Origin: an uncultured Chloroflexia bacterium
GTDB lineage: Bacteria > Chloroflexota > Limnocylindria > Limnocylindrales > CSP1-4
Assembly (NCBI GenBank): GCA_963713975.1
Contig: OY970218.1
Location: 768,001-832,000 of the forward strand
Direction of reading: 5' to 3'
DNA length: 64,000 nucleotides
Both the position numbers and the translations under genes were made by a program. Positions 1 to 9,167 of the stretch are shown here, in pieces. The first letter of the stretch is position 1, and every line of letters begins with the position of its first letter. The notes below the pieces were generated by a model. It was not told the origin of the DNA, searched no databases, and saw only the letters and a list, made by a program, of their open reading frames with translations.

Positions 1-1
1 G

Positions 2-307
2 GTGACGCCGACCGAGATCGAGGCGGCCCTTGCGCGTGGCCTGAGCCTCGTGAAGTTCTTCCCGGCGGAGGCAGTCGGCGGCACGCGCTACCTCAAGGCC
101 GTCGCCGCCCCGTATCGCTCGGTCCGGTTCATGCCGACGGGTGGCGTGAGCCCTGCCAACCTGGCGGAGTACCTCGCGCTGCCGTCCGTGACCGCCTGCG
201 GAGGCAGCTGGATTGCGACCGCCGAGGCGATCGCCGCGAACCGCTGGGACGAGATCAGCCGGCTCGCCGCGGAGGCGGTCACGATCGCCAGTGAGGTTGC
301 ACGGTAG
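2..307 (+). CDS. eda: KHG/KDPG aldolase, 5'-truncated by the window edge
   Basis: TPTEI..A...G...VKFFPA..GG..YLKA..PY..VRFMPTGGV...N..YL..V.ACGGSW motifs of the Eda C-terminal half. Confidence 0.92.
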   Translation: MTPTEIEAALARGLSLVKFFPAEAVGGTRYLKAVAAPYRSVRFMPTGGVSPANLAEYLALPSVTACGGSWIATAEAIAANRWDEISRLAAEAVTIASEVAR

Positions 308-695
308 CCGTCGCGTGCGGTCTGCCCCTGGCCCGCGGCGCCGCCCCCTCGCGCCGGGCAGCGGTCCAGGGCCGCCGGCCATTGTCACCTGGCCGCCAGG
401 GGGACCATCTGGCGAACGCGTTCGCTGTTCGGTCCGATGATGGCGAGCAGGACTTGGCCTTGCGACGGCCCGGAGGCAGGCCGGACCCCGATTGGGCCGC
501 GTAGCGGACCAACCGAAGATCGCGTTCGCTGAATGGTCCGCCCCGCGGACAGGCCGGCACCGTCGAAGGCCCTCCGCACCCGGGCCGCCCGGTCCAACGG
601 CCCCGGCCCCGACAGGCCGCCAACCGATCCGGGGTTATCCTTCCCCGCGCCACACCGTGGGGCCGGAGCGCCCGACATCATCACCGGAGGCACAC

Positions 696-1031
696 GTGTT
701 CTCGTTCCTGCGCCGCCTCGGCGGTCCCCAGATCGACGTCGTGGAGCTCGACGCCCTGCTGAAGCAGGGGGCGATCCGCGTCCTCGACGTCCGCGAGGAC
801 TCGGAGTTCCGGAGCGGGCACCTGCCGGGTGCGATCCACATCCCGGTGAAGAAGCTGCCCGACAAGGTCGCCAGGCTCAAGCACGACAAGCCCTACGCGG
901 TCATCTGCGCCTCCGGCAACCGGAGCAGGGGCGCCACCAACCTCCTGCTCGACGAAGGGTTCGAGGGCACCGTGTCGGTCCGCGGCGGGACGAGCGCCTG
1001 GGCGCGCAGCGGGCGGCCGATCATCCGCTGA
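696..1031 (+). CDS. Rhodanese-like domain protein
   Basis: GGAGG RBS then GTG at 696; LDVRE..EF..GHLPGA, active-site loop ICASGNRS, GG..AW. Confidence 0.9.
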   Translation: MFSFLRRLGGPQIDVVELDALLKQGAIRVLDVREDSEFRSGHLPGAIHIPVKKLPDKVARLKHDKPYAVICASGNRSRGATNLLLDEGFEGTVSVRGGTSAWARSGRPIIR

Positions 1032-1079
1032 CCAGACGGCGCGGGGCACCGCGCGGTCTTTGCGCCGCGGTGCTCCGCC

Positions 1080-1493
1080 TCACTGGCGCGGCGTGAGGTC
1101 CTCCGCACTCGGGTTCGCGCCCGCGCCCTGGCCAGAGGCCGCAGCCGTCTCGAGCGCCCGGCGACGCCACGGCACGACGCCGTCCAGCTCGATCTCGAGC
1201 GAGAAGCTGAGGAATGTCCGGACGAGGACGATGATCCCCAACGCCACCGCGCTCTCGACGGTCGTTTCGATCGCCACGGTGAGCACGATGTCCGCGACGA
1301 TGAGGACCTCGAGGCCAAGCAGGATCGTCCGTCCAATGTTGCCGCGCAGCCGGACGTAGGCCAGCTTCGGGTCCATCTGCCGGAGATCACGCACATATCC
1401 GGCCAGCCCCAGGACCGAGCCACCGATCAGGATCGCCACGCCCAGGGCCTCGAACGCCTGGACGGCGAGGCTCAGGATCTCCTCGAAGGTCAT
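1080..1493 (-). CDS. DUF1622 family membrane protein
   Basis: R..IGR.ILLGLE.LI.ADIV.TV and LGIIVLVRTFLSFSLEIE signature; ATG at 1493 overlaps the upstream stop. Confidence 0.88.
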   Translation of the reverse strand: MTFEEILSLAVQAFEALGVAILIGGSVLGLAGYVRDLRQMDPKLAYVRLRGNIGRTILLGLEVLIVADIVLTVAIETTVESAVALGIIVLVRTFLSFSLEIELDGVVPWRRRALETAAASGQGAGANPSAEDLTPRQ

Positions 1494-2086
1494 GTGCTGC
1501 TCTCCGCATCGGTGCCGGGCGCGTCGGTGGCGCTCGCCGCCGGACCCTGCCGGCCGGCGATCCACGACTCGAGGACCTTGCGGTGCCTGTCCTCCAGCTT
1601 GACCAGCTTGCGCTTCGACGTCAGCAACTCGTCCACGTCGTCGAAGCTCATCCCCTCGGCCTGCATCAGGTAGGCCGCCAGGACCGTGGCGGAGCGGCCC
1701 CGGCCCTTCGCGCAGTGGATGAGGACCGTCCGCCCCTCCGCGACCCGATCCGAGATCCAGGGCACGGCGTCATCGAGGACGTCGGCACCGGGCACGGTCA
1801 CGTCGGGCACGCGGTACTGCCGCAGCGCCACGTCGTGCTCCGCGAACCACGCCGGCTCGGACGTCCGCTCCGCGCGCATGTCGACGACGGCGGTGATCTC
1901 GAACGCCAGCAGAGCGTTGAAGTCGCGCTCGTAGGTCGGCGCTCCACCCAGCCACAGGTTGGGCGTGATCTCCGTGAACCAGACGTGGCCCTGGACCCGT
2001 TCGTAGGTGAACCGGATCGCCGGGTACAGCTTGTCGAACCCCCGGTGGAACAGGCTGAGCCCCTCCGCCGGCTCAGGGGATGGCAA
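1490..2086 (-). CDS. Dual-specificity (PTPMT1-like) phosphatase
   Basis: EITPNLWLGG, VPD acid loop, CX5R loop VLIHCAKGRGRSAT. Confidence 0.88.
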   Translation of the reverse strand: MPSPEPAEGLSLFHRGFDKLYPAIRFTYERVQGHVWFTEITPNLWLGGAPTYERDFNALLAFEITAVVDMRAERTSEPAWFAEHDVALRQYRVPDVTVPGADVLDDAVPWISDRVAEGRTVLIHCAKGRGRSATVLAAYLMQAEGMSFDDVDELLTSKRKLVKLEDRHRKVLESWIAGRQGPAASATDAPGTDAESST

Positions 2087-2993
2087 CGGTCAGCGCCTTG
2101 GGCATGACGTCCACGGTGATCGGCGTCCGCCCGATGTACTCGCCGTCCGTCCATACCGGCTGGTCCGGCTCAACTTCGAGGGTGATCACGCTGGCCTGCC
2201 GGAAGTGGCTCAGCGCGCCATCCATCTGGACGCCGAGGAACCGCTTGGACGCCGCCTTGATCGTGTCCAGATCGTGCTTGTCCACGACGAAGCAGTCGAG
2301 CAGCCCGTCGTCGATGGAATAGGTCTGCGTGATCTTGAGACCGGTGCCCATCATCCCCGAGTTCACCAGGTAGACCTTGGTGCCCTCGAACTCCCCGACC
2401 TCCCCGTCGACCGTGGCGCGGTACCGGTGGCGTTCATCACCACGACCCCGGGAGGCCATCGAGATCGCGTAGGCGAAGACCCCGTACTTGTCCTTCATCT
2501 CGCGGCTGGTCTGCTCCTCGGGCTCCACGCCGACGTAGAGCCGCTGGATGAAGTACCGGTCGTCGACCTTCGCCTCGCCAACAGCACGCAGCCGGCCCAC
2601 GTCGATGGCACGGGTCCTCGTGCTCGTGCACAGGGCGACCACGGCCTCACGCAACTTGCCCGGCACGCCGAGCTCGTGACCAAAGCCGTTGCCGGTGCCG
2701 CCCGGCAGCACGCCCATCACCGTCTGCTTGCCGGTCTCGACCGCGGCGGTCACGACGGCATTGGCGATCTCGTGCTGGGTGCCGTCACCGCCGTACCCGG
2801 CGACGAGGTCGACGCCGTCTGCGATGGCCGCGCGAGTCTGCGCCTTCGCGTCGCCGTACTTGTGGGTGACGCTGATGTCCCAGGCGACCTCGTACTGGCG
2901 GAAGACGTCGTTCAGCGTGTTCAGGATGGCCCCGTCCTTCCCGGACGCCGGGTTGACCACCACGTGGACCCTGCCGTAGGGCGCAGCTGCCAT
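2073..2993 (-). CDS. Diacylglycerol/lipid kinase family protein (YegS/DagK-like)
   Basis: VVNPASG, GGDGT, LPGGTGN and DGE motifs. Confidence 0.92.
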   Translation of the reverse strand: MAAAPYGRVHVVVNPASGKDGAILNTLNDVFRQYEVAWDISVTHKYGDAKAQTRAAIADGVDLVAGYGGDGTQHEIANAVVTAAVETGKQTVMGVLPGGTGNGFGHELGVPGKLREAVVALCTSTRTRAIDVGRLRAVGEAKVDDRYFIQRLYVGVEPEEQTSREMKDKYGVFAYAISMASRGRGDERHRYRATVDGEVGEFEGTKVYLVNSGMMGTGLKITQTYSIDDGLLDCFVVDKHDLDTIKAASKRFLGVQMDGALSHFRQASVITLEVEPDQPVWTDGEYIGRTPITVDVMPKALTVAIP

Positions 2994-3197
2994 CGAATCC
3001 TCCGACCCTGGGCGCTCCTCGGATGCTCGAGCCCCATCGATCCCAACAGACTACGCCACGCAGGACCGCGCGAGAGGCGGCGACCGGCGCTCGCCTGTCG
3101 ACCCGCCCAGTGGTGCGCGGTTGCCCTTGACGATCCCCGGCGGGTGGGGCAAGAATCGGCGTGTAATCGATTTCTGGTCTTGTACTCGGAGTAGGCG

Positions 3198-4229
3198 ATG
3201 AGCGGCTTCACCCTCAGGGACCCGGACAACATCGGCGTCGCGGTGCTCGGCGCCGGCAGGATGGGAAGGGTCCACGTTCGCAACCTGGGTGCCATCCCCA
3301 ACGCGAACGTCGTCGTGGTCGCGGACCCGGACGCCGCGGCGGCGGAGGCCGGCCGCGTCCTCGCGGGCGCCCGGCGGGCGACAGCCAACCCGCTCGACGC
3401 CATCAACGACCCCGATGTCGAGGCCGTCGTCATCAACACCCCGACCACAACCCACGCCACCTACATCGAGGCAGCTCTGCGGGCAGGCAAGGCCGTCTGG
3501 ACCGAGAAGCCGATCGCGCAGGAGCTTGCCGACACGGCCAGGATCGTCGACCTGTGGCGCGAGACCGGGCTCCCGGTCCAGGTCGGCTTCATGCGCCGCT
3601 TCGATCCCGGCTACGTCCGGGCCAAGGAGCTGATCGACTCCGGCGAGCTCGGCCGCATCGAGCAGTTCCGTGCCCTCTCGCGGGACACCAACCCGCCGCC
3701 CCTCGAGTTCCTGCTGACCTGCGGCGGTTCGTTCCTGGACATGTCCGTCCACGACCTGGACGTGGCCCGGTTCCTGGTCGGCGAGGTGGAGGAGGTCCAT
3801 GCCTGGGCCTCGGTCCTGTTCGACGACCGCTTCGCCAAGGCCGACGACTGGGACACCTCCGTGATCATGATGAAGTTCCGCAACGGGGCGCTGGGCGTCA
3901 TCGAGACCGCCCGCCACTCCAAGTGGGGCTATGACATCCGGGCCGAGGTCGCAGGGGCCGTGGGCAAGGTCGTCGTGGACGGCGGCCAGAAGACACCGGC
4001 AGTCCACTTCCGCAACGTGGCCACGGAGAGCGACCTCTACGGCGACTTCATGGATCGTTTCGAGATCGCCTACCGGCGCGAGCTGGAGGTGTTCTTCGAC
4101 GACCTTGGCGCAGGCCGGCCGGTGGGTCCGGGTCCGGACGACGCCCTCGAGACGCTCCGCCTCGCCGTGGCCTGCACCCGCAGCTGGCGCGAGAACCGGC
4201 CCGTCCGCCTCGACGAGGTCACCGCGTAG
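3198..4229 (+). CDS. iolG: Inositol 2-dehydrogenase (Gfo/Idh/MocA)
   Basis: GAGRMG, EKP, GFMRRFDP, DMSVHDLD, GYDIRAEV motifs; near iolD. Confidence 0.85.
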   Translation: MSGFTLRDPDNIGVAVLGAGRMGRVHVRNLGAIPNANVVVVADPDAAAAEAGRVLAGARRATANPLDAINDPDVEAVVINTPTTTHATYIEAALRAGKAVWTEKPIAQELADTARIVDLWRETGLPVQVGFMRRFDPGYVRAKELIDSGELGRIEQFRALSRDTNPPPLEFLLTCGGSFLDMSVHDLDVARFLVGEVEEVHAWASVLFDDRFAKADDWDTSVIMMKFRNGALGVIETARHSKWGYDIRAEVAGAVGKVVVDGGQKTPAVHFRNVATESDLYGDFMDRFEIAYRRELEVFFDDLGAGRPVGPGPDDALETLRLAVACTRSWRENRPVRLDEVTA

Positions 4230-4272
4230 TAGTCCACTTGGCTGGGTCGCGGCGGCCCCAGCCCGGGGATGA

Positions 4273-4412
4273 GCCGCTGGGCGGTTCTACCGTCGGGTGT
4301 AGTGCCGTCTGCGCCGTCTGGCGGCACGCCTGTCGGACGAGGGGCGCCCGCGAGGCGACGAACGTGCCGCCCAGCGACCGGATCGCGGGCTGACCCGACC
4401 ATACAACCGCTG
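4273..4412. repeat. Dispersed ~140-bp structured repeat, copy 1
   Basis: 4273-4336 matches 29256-29319 at 54/64 positions without gaps; similarity continues to 4412/29395; nested inverted repeats. Confidence 0.8.
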
Positions 4413-4699
4413 CGCGGCGCAGGTGGGGCACCTGCCGGGGCGCGGAGAATGGACCAACTGCCGGAGCAGCGGGCCCAACACGGGTTGGCTGGTTGCGGTC
4501 CCGCGCGACCGTGCGTGCGGATCGGCGTCGACTGCGGCGGGCGTTGACGAGCCCGACTCCCCTATCGAGCCACTCACCGGCCGGCAGGCTCGAGCAGGAA
4601 CCGCTCAAGGCCGATCCCGTCGCCACCAACGAGGAGCGGCCGGATCGGGCCCAGGCCGGCTGGACCGCGGCGACCACGCCAACCGGGTCGGACCTGACT

Positions 4700-5080
4700 G
4701 GGCAGGGCCGGGTCCTCGCGTCGAGAGCCTTCACCAAGGTCATCAGCAAGGTGACCCATGCGGGCGGGTGGTTGCGCGGCCTGTTGCCGCCATGGTCTGC
4801 CGCGGCGTCTATGCTGGCGAGTACGTGGGCATCATTGGCAACGGGATCGTGGCGCGCTTCTGCCTGCCCACTGGCCAAGGCATGGATGCCATCCGGTTCA
4901 TTGGTTTCATGAGCCCCTGATGCGGACGCCATCCGCGATACCGACTACGGGGTGGACCTTCGGCTTGCGGATGCCATCATCGGCATCCAGACGAGGCACG
5001 TATATGCCCTGGAGGTCGCTGGCGTCTCGGTTGCGTCGCGACATCCCACGGCCATCAGCGTCGCGGGATCAGGTGTAGCA
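4700..5080 (+). pseudogene. Possible degraded coding remnant of unknown family
   Basis: Protein-like fragments in shifting frames (AFTKVISKV / YVGIIGNGIVARFCLPTGQGMDAIRFIGF / YGVDLRLADAIIGIQTRHVYALEVAG) in a 1.1-kb gap, visibly lower GC. Confidence 0.3.
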
Positions 5081-5269
5081 CCGTGGGCCGCAGCGGTGGG
5101 AAGCCCACTGCTCGGCATCCGGACTGCGGCCGCACTGTCGTCGGGTGAGCCCTGGCTCCTTCAGTTGCGCTTCGCCACAACCACCGTGCATGTGGCTGCG
5201 GCGACTCTGCTGCCCGGTGAGGGGCGACTGCTCCCCGGGGCCGTCGGACGCCCGACGCACGCGCCAGAG

Positions 5270-5321
5270 ATGCACATTACGCATCTTGACACCATGGTGG
5301 TTGCGCATTACGCTACCGCCG
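5270..5321 (+). promoter_or_regulatory. Sigma70 promoter of the IclR gene with two candidate operators; probably leaderless
   Basis: TTGACA 5286-5291, 17 nt, TACGCT 5309-5314, ATG 7 nt later with no SD; ATGCACATTACGCAT (5270-5284) and TTGCGCATTACGCTA (5301-5315). Confidence 0.7.
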
Positions 5322-6095
5322 ATGGAGACCATCCAGTCACTCGAACGGGGCCTGCGCATCCTGGACGCGCTGGCAGAAGCGGACGCGGATCCGATGCGCC
5401 GGGGCAGGGGCATCCCGATCTCCGCCCTCGCAGCGGAGCTCGCGGTCCACAAGACGACCGCCCTCCGCCTGGTCCAGACGCTCGTGACCATGGGCTACGC
5501 GACACCCGCGGAACCACACGGCTACGTGCTGGGCGGTGCGATGCGCCGGGACGCCGGGCTCACGATCGGGACCCAGCGCCTCCGGCGGGCCGCCCGGCCG
5601 TTCCTCGAGCAGCTGGTGGACCTCACGGGCGAGTGCGCCCACGTCGCGGTCGCTGACGCGGATCGGGCGCTGGTGATCGACGACGTGGAGACGGACCATC
5701 CGCTGCGCGTCGTTGCGGTCCGGGGGCGCCACGTCGCGCTCCACTGCACGTCGGCCGGCAAGTGCCTGCTCGCGTACGGCCTCGCCGAGCCGCCGGCCTC
5801 ACTCCCGGCCCGGACCCCGAACACGATCACGACGCCGGGCGCCCTCCAGGCGCACCTCGCCCGGATCCGCGACCTCGGGTATGCGTTCGACGACGAGGAG
5901 AACGACGCCTACACGCGCTGCATCTCGGCCCCGGTGTATGGGCCGGACGGGGCGGCCATCGGCTGCATCGGGATCGACGCACCGAGCGTCCGCCTCACCA
6001 CAGACAGGATCGAGCAAACCGCGGCACACGTCGTCGACGTCGCCCGCAGGCTTTCGGCAGCACTGGCAACGGCAACAACGGCAAGGTCGGCCTGA
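5322..6095 (+). CDS. IclR family transcriptional regulator
   Basis: IQSLERGLRIL, HTH, LHCTSAGK, GYAFDDEE, CISAPV. Confidence 0.95.
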   Translation: METIQSLERGLRILDALAEADADPMRRGRGIPISALAAELAVHKTTALRLVQTLVTMGYATPAEPHGYVLGGAMRRDAGLTIGTQRLRRAARPFLEQLVDLTGECAHVAVADADRALVIDDVETDHPLRVVAVRGRHVALHCTSAGKCLLAYGLAEPPASLPARTPNTITTPGALQAHLARIRDLGYAFDDEENDAYTRCISAPVYGPDGAAIGCIGIDAPSVRLTTDRIEQTAAHVVDVARRLSAALATATTARSA

Positions 6096-6135
6096 CGGCC
6101 CGCCGGCACCCCGCAACATCTCGGAGGAATTGGGC

Positions 6136-8046
6136 GTGGCAACGATTCGACTCACCACCGGGCAGGCGGTCATCAACTACCTGGCCAACCAGTACGTCGA
6201 GCGGGATGGTGTCGAGCATCGCTTCTTCGGCGGCCTGTGGGGGATCTTCGGGCACGGCAACATCGGTGGCGTCGCCCAGGCGATCCAGCAGGCGGAAGCG
6301 GGGTTCCCGTACTACCTGTGCCGCAACGAGCAGGCGATGGTCCACACGGCCGTCGGCTACGCCAAGCTCAAGAACCGCCTCGGCGCATTCGCCTGCCTGA
6401 CCTCCATCGGGCCGGGCGCCACCAACATGGTCACGGGCGCGGCATCCGCGACGATCAACCACGTCCCGGTGCTGCTGCTCGCGGGTGACGCCTTCGCGGA
6501 GCGGGTCCAGTCGCCGGTCCTCCAGCAGCTGGAGCACCCGGCGTCGCAGGACACGAGCGCGAACGACACCTTCCGCCCGGTGGTCCGCTACTGGGACCGC
6601 ATCAATCGTCCGGAGCAGGTGATCACGGCGCTGCCCGAGGTCATGCGTGTCCTCACCTCGCCCGCCGACACGGGCGCCGTCTTCCTGGGCCTGCCCCAGG
6701 ACATCCAGACCTACGCGTTCGACTTCCCCGAGGAGATGTTCGTCAAGCGGGTCTGGTCGATCCCGCGCAACCGTCCGGACCGGAGCCTCGTGGAGGCCGC
6801 GGCCCGATGGATCCGTGAAAGCCGGCGCCCGGTGATCTTCGCCGGCGGTGGCGTCCGCTACAGCGAGGCCACCGATGCCCTGCGCGCCTTTGCCGAGCAG
6901 ACGGGTATCCCGGTTGCCGAGACGCACGCCGGGAAGGGCTCCCTCCCGTACGACCACCCCCTGAGCCTCGGCGGTGCCGGCGTCTCCGGGACGCTCGCGG
7001 CCAACAACATCGCGCCCGAGGCCGACCTGGTGATCGGCATCGGCACGAGGTTCACCGACTTCCCGACCGCGTCCAAGACCGCGTTCCAGGACCCGGGCGT
7101 CCGGTTCATCAACATCAACGTGGCCGAGTTCGACGCCTTCAAGCACGCAGCGGTGCCGCTCGTGGGCGATGCCCGTGCCACGCTGGAGGAGCTCTCGCTC
7201 GCCGTCGGCGACTTCTCGACCGCGCCCGAGTACCGCGCCCGCGTGACCGAGCTCAACCGCGAGTGGGACGCCGAGGTGGACCGGGTGTATGCCCACAGCG
7301 TGGGCGACATCCTCACCCAGGGCGAGGTCATCGGCGCCGTGGAGGCATCGTCCGGCCCCCGCGACGTGGTCGTGACCTCGGCCGGCAGCCTTCCGGGCGA
7401 CCTGCTCAAGCTGTGGCGCTCGCGCGACGCCGCCAGCTACCAGGTGGAGTACGGCTACTCGACCATGGGCTACGAGATCGCGGGCGGCCTCGGAGCCAAG
7501 CAGGCAGCACCCGACCGAGAGGTCTACGTGATGGTCGGCGACGGCTCGTTCCAGATGATGAGCAACGAGATCACCACCGCAGTCCAGGAAGGCCTCAAGC
7601 TCATCGTCGTCATCGTCGACAACAAGGGGTTCTCAAGCGTCGGGCGCGTGTCGGAGCAGGTCGGGGCCGAGGGCTTCGGCTGCCACTACCGGCTCCGCGG
7701 GCCGTCCGGGGCGTACGACGGACCCGTGATCCAGCTCGATTTCGTCAGGATCTGCCAGGGGATGGGTGCCAAGGCCCTCGAGGTCAGGACGCTCCCCGAG
7801 CTCCGGGCAGCTCTCCAGGATGCCCGCGCCGGCACCGAAACGGTCTGCATCGTGGTCCAGACGGACTGGGACGAGCGAGTCGGTGGCTATGCCAACTCCT
7901 GGTGGGAGATGGCGACGCCGCAGGTGTCGGAGATGCCCGCCGTCAACGCCGCGCGCGAGGAGTTCGACCGCAACAAGGGCCGCCAGCGGTACCTGATGAT
8001 CCCGGGTGCGCCGTTCCAGCAGGCCGGCCCCGAGAGCGACTCGTAG
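6136..8046 (+). CDS. iolD: 3D-(3,5/4)-trihydroxycyclohexane-1,2-dione acylhydrolase (ThDP-dependent)
   Basis: GGAGG RBS; TIRLTTGQA, GIFGHGN, LQQLE, SAGSLPGDL.KLW, EYGYSTMGYEIAG, GDGS. Confidence 0.95.
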   Translation: MATIRLTTGQAVINYLANQYVERDGVEHRFFGGLWGIFGHGNIGGVAQAIQQAEAGFPYYLCRNEQAMVHTAVGYAKLKNRLGAFACLTSIGPGATNMVTGAASATINHVPVLLLAGDAFAERVQSPVLQQLEHPASQDTSANDTFRPVVRYWDRINRPEQVITALPEVMRVLTSPADTGAVFLGLPQDIQTYAFDFPEEMFVKRVWSIPRNRPDRSLVEAAARWIRESRRPVIFAGGGVRYSEATDALRAFAEQTGIPVAETHAGKGSLPYDHPLSLGGAGVSGTLAANNIAPEADLVIGIGTRFTDFPTASKTAFQDPGVRFININVAEFDAFKHAAVPLVGDARATLEELSLAVGDFSTAPEYRARVTELNREWDAEVDRVYAHSVGDILTQGEVIGAVEASSGPRDVVVTSAGSLPGDLLKLWRSRDAASYQVEYGYSTMGYEIAGGLGAKQAAPDREVYVMVGDGSFQMMSNEITTAVQEGLKLIVVIVDNKGFSSVGRVSEQVGAEGFGCHYRLRGPSGAYDGPVIQLDFVRICQGMGAKALEVRTLPELRAALQDARAGTETVCIVVQTDWDERVGGYANSWWEMATPQVSEMPAVNAAREEFDRNKGRQRYLMIPGAPFQQAGPESDS

Positions 8047-8053
8047 GCCGGCC

Positions 8054-9142
8054 ATGAACACCAGCAACGCCGAGGCCGGCACCCTCCTCCGGGTGGTCAC
8101 CTCCATGCCGACCGAGATCTGGGACGATTCCTGCGTGGCCGGGGAGCTCGAGTACGCCATCGCGAACGGCGCCACCGGCGCCACCTCCAACCCCAGCCTC
8201 GTGCTGGACGTGCTGCGCCAGGAGCCGGAGCCGTGGGCCCGCCGGGCACGCGAGCTGTACGCCGCGCTCCCGGCGGCGACGGAGGCGGACCTCGCGTGGC
8301 GGATCGCCGAGGAGATCGCGGTCAGGGGGGCCGCGCTCCTGGAGCCGGTCTTCCGGGAGACGGGGGGACGGCGCGGGCGCCTCTCGATCCAGGTCAGCCC
8401 CGTGCTCTACCGCGATGCCGCGGCGATGGTCGAGCAGGCCACCCACTTCGCGGGTCTCGCCCCCAACCTGCAGGTGAAGCTGCCGGTGACCACCGCCGGC
8501 CTGACGGCGATCGAGGAGACAACGGCCCGCGGGATCAACATCAACGCGACGGTCAACTTCACGGTGCCCGGCGCCATCGCGGTCGCGGATGCCGTGGAGC
8601 GAGGGCTGGCGCGCCGCGAGGCCGATGGCCACGACGTCACGGCGATGCACCCGGTCTGCACCCTGATGGTCGGGCGACTCGAGGACTGGATGAAGGTCGT
8701 GTGCGCGCGCGACGGCATCCTGCTCACGCCCGGCGTCGCGGACTGGGCGGGCGTGGCCGCCTTCAAGCGCGCTTATGGGATCTACCGCGAGCGCGGCTAC
8801 CGGACCCGCCTCCTGGGCGGCGCGTTCCGCAACCACCTTCCCTGGTCTCAGCTCATCGGCGGCGACATCGTCCTGACGATCCCGCCGGCCTGGCAGCGGC
8901 TGGTCAACGCATCCTCGCTCGAGGTGGTGTCCCGGATCGACGAGCCGGTCGACGATGCAATCATTGGCGAGCTGCTCGAGGCCATCCCGGACTTCCGCCG
9001 CGCCTATGAGCCCGACGGCCTCGCGCCGGAGGAGCTCGAGGGCTACGGTGCGGCAGTCCGGACCCTCCGCCAGTTCGTCACCGCCTATCACGACCTGCAG
9101 GGCCGCATCCGCGACATCGTCCTGCCCGATCCCGATCGATAA
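8054..9142 (+). CDS. Transaldolase-family protein (atypical active-site residues)
   Basis: WDDS, GATSNP, Schiff-base VKLP, INATVNFT, MVGRL. Confidence 0.85.
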   Translation: MNTSNAEAGTLLRVVTSMPTEIWDDSCVAGELEYAIANGATGATSNPSLVLDVLRQEPEPWARRARELYAALPAATEADLAWRIAEEIAVRGAALLEPVFRETGGRRGRLSIQVSPVLYRDAAAMVEQATHFAGLAPNLQVKLPVTTAGLTAIEETTARGININATVNFTVPGAIAVADAVERGLARREADGHDVTAMHPVCTLMVGRLEDWMKVVCARDGILLTPGVADWAGVAAFKRAYGIYRERGYRTRLLGGAFRNHLPWSQLIGGDIVLTIPPAWQRLVNASSLEVVSRIDEPVDDAIIGELLEAIPDFRRAYEPDGLAPEELEGYGAAVRTLRQFVTAYHDLQGRIRDIVLPDPDR

Positions 9143-9167
9143 CCGGACACAAGGAGACTTGGACGTC

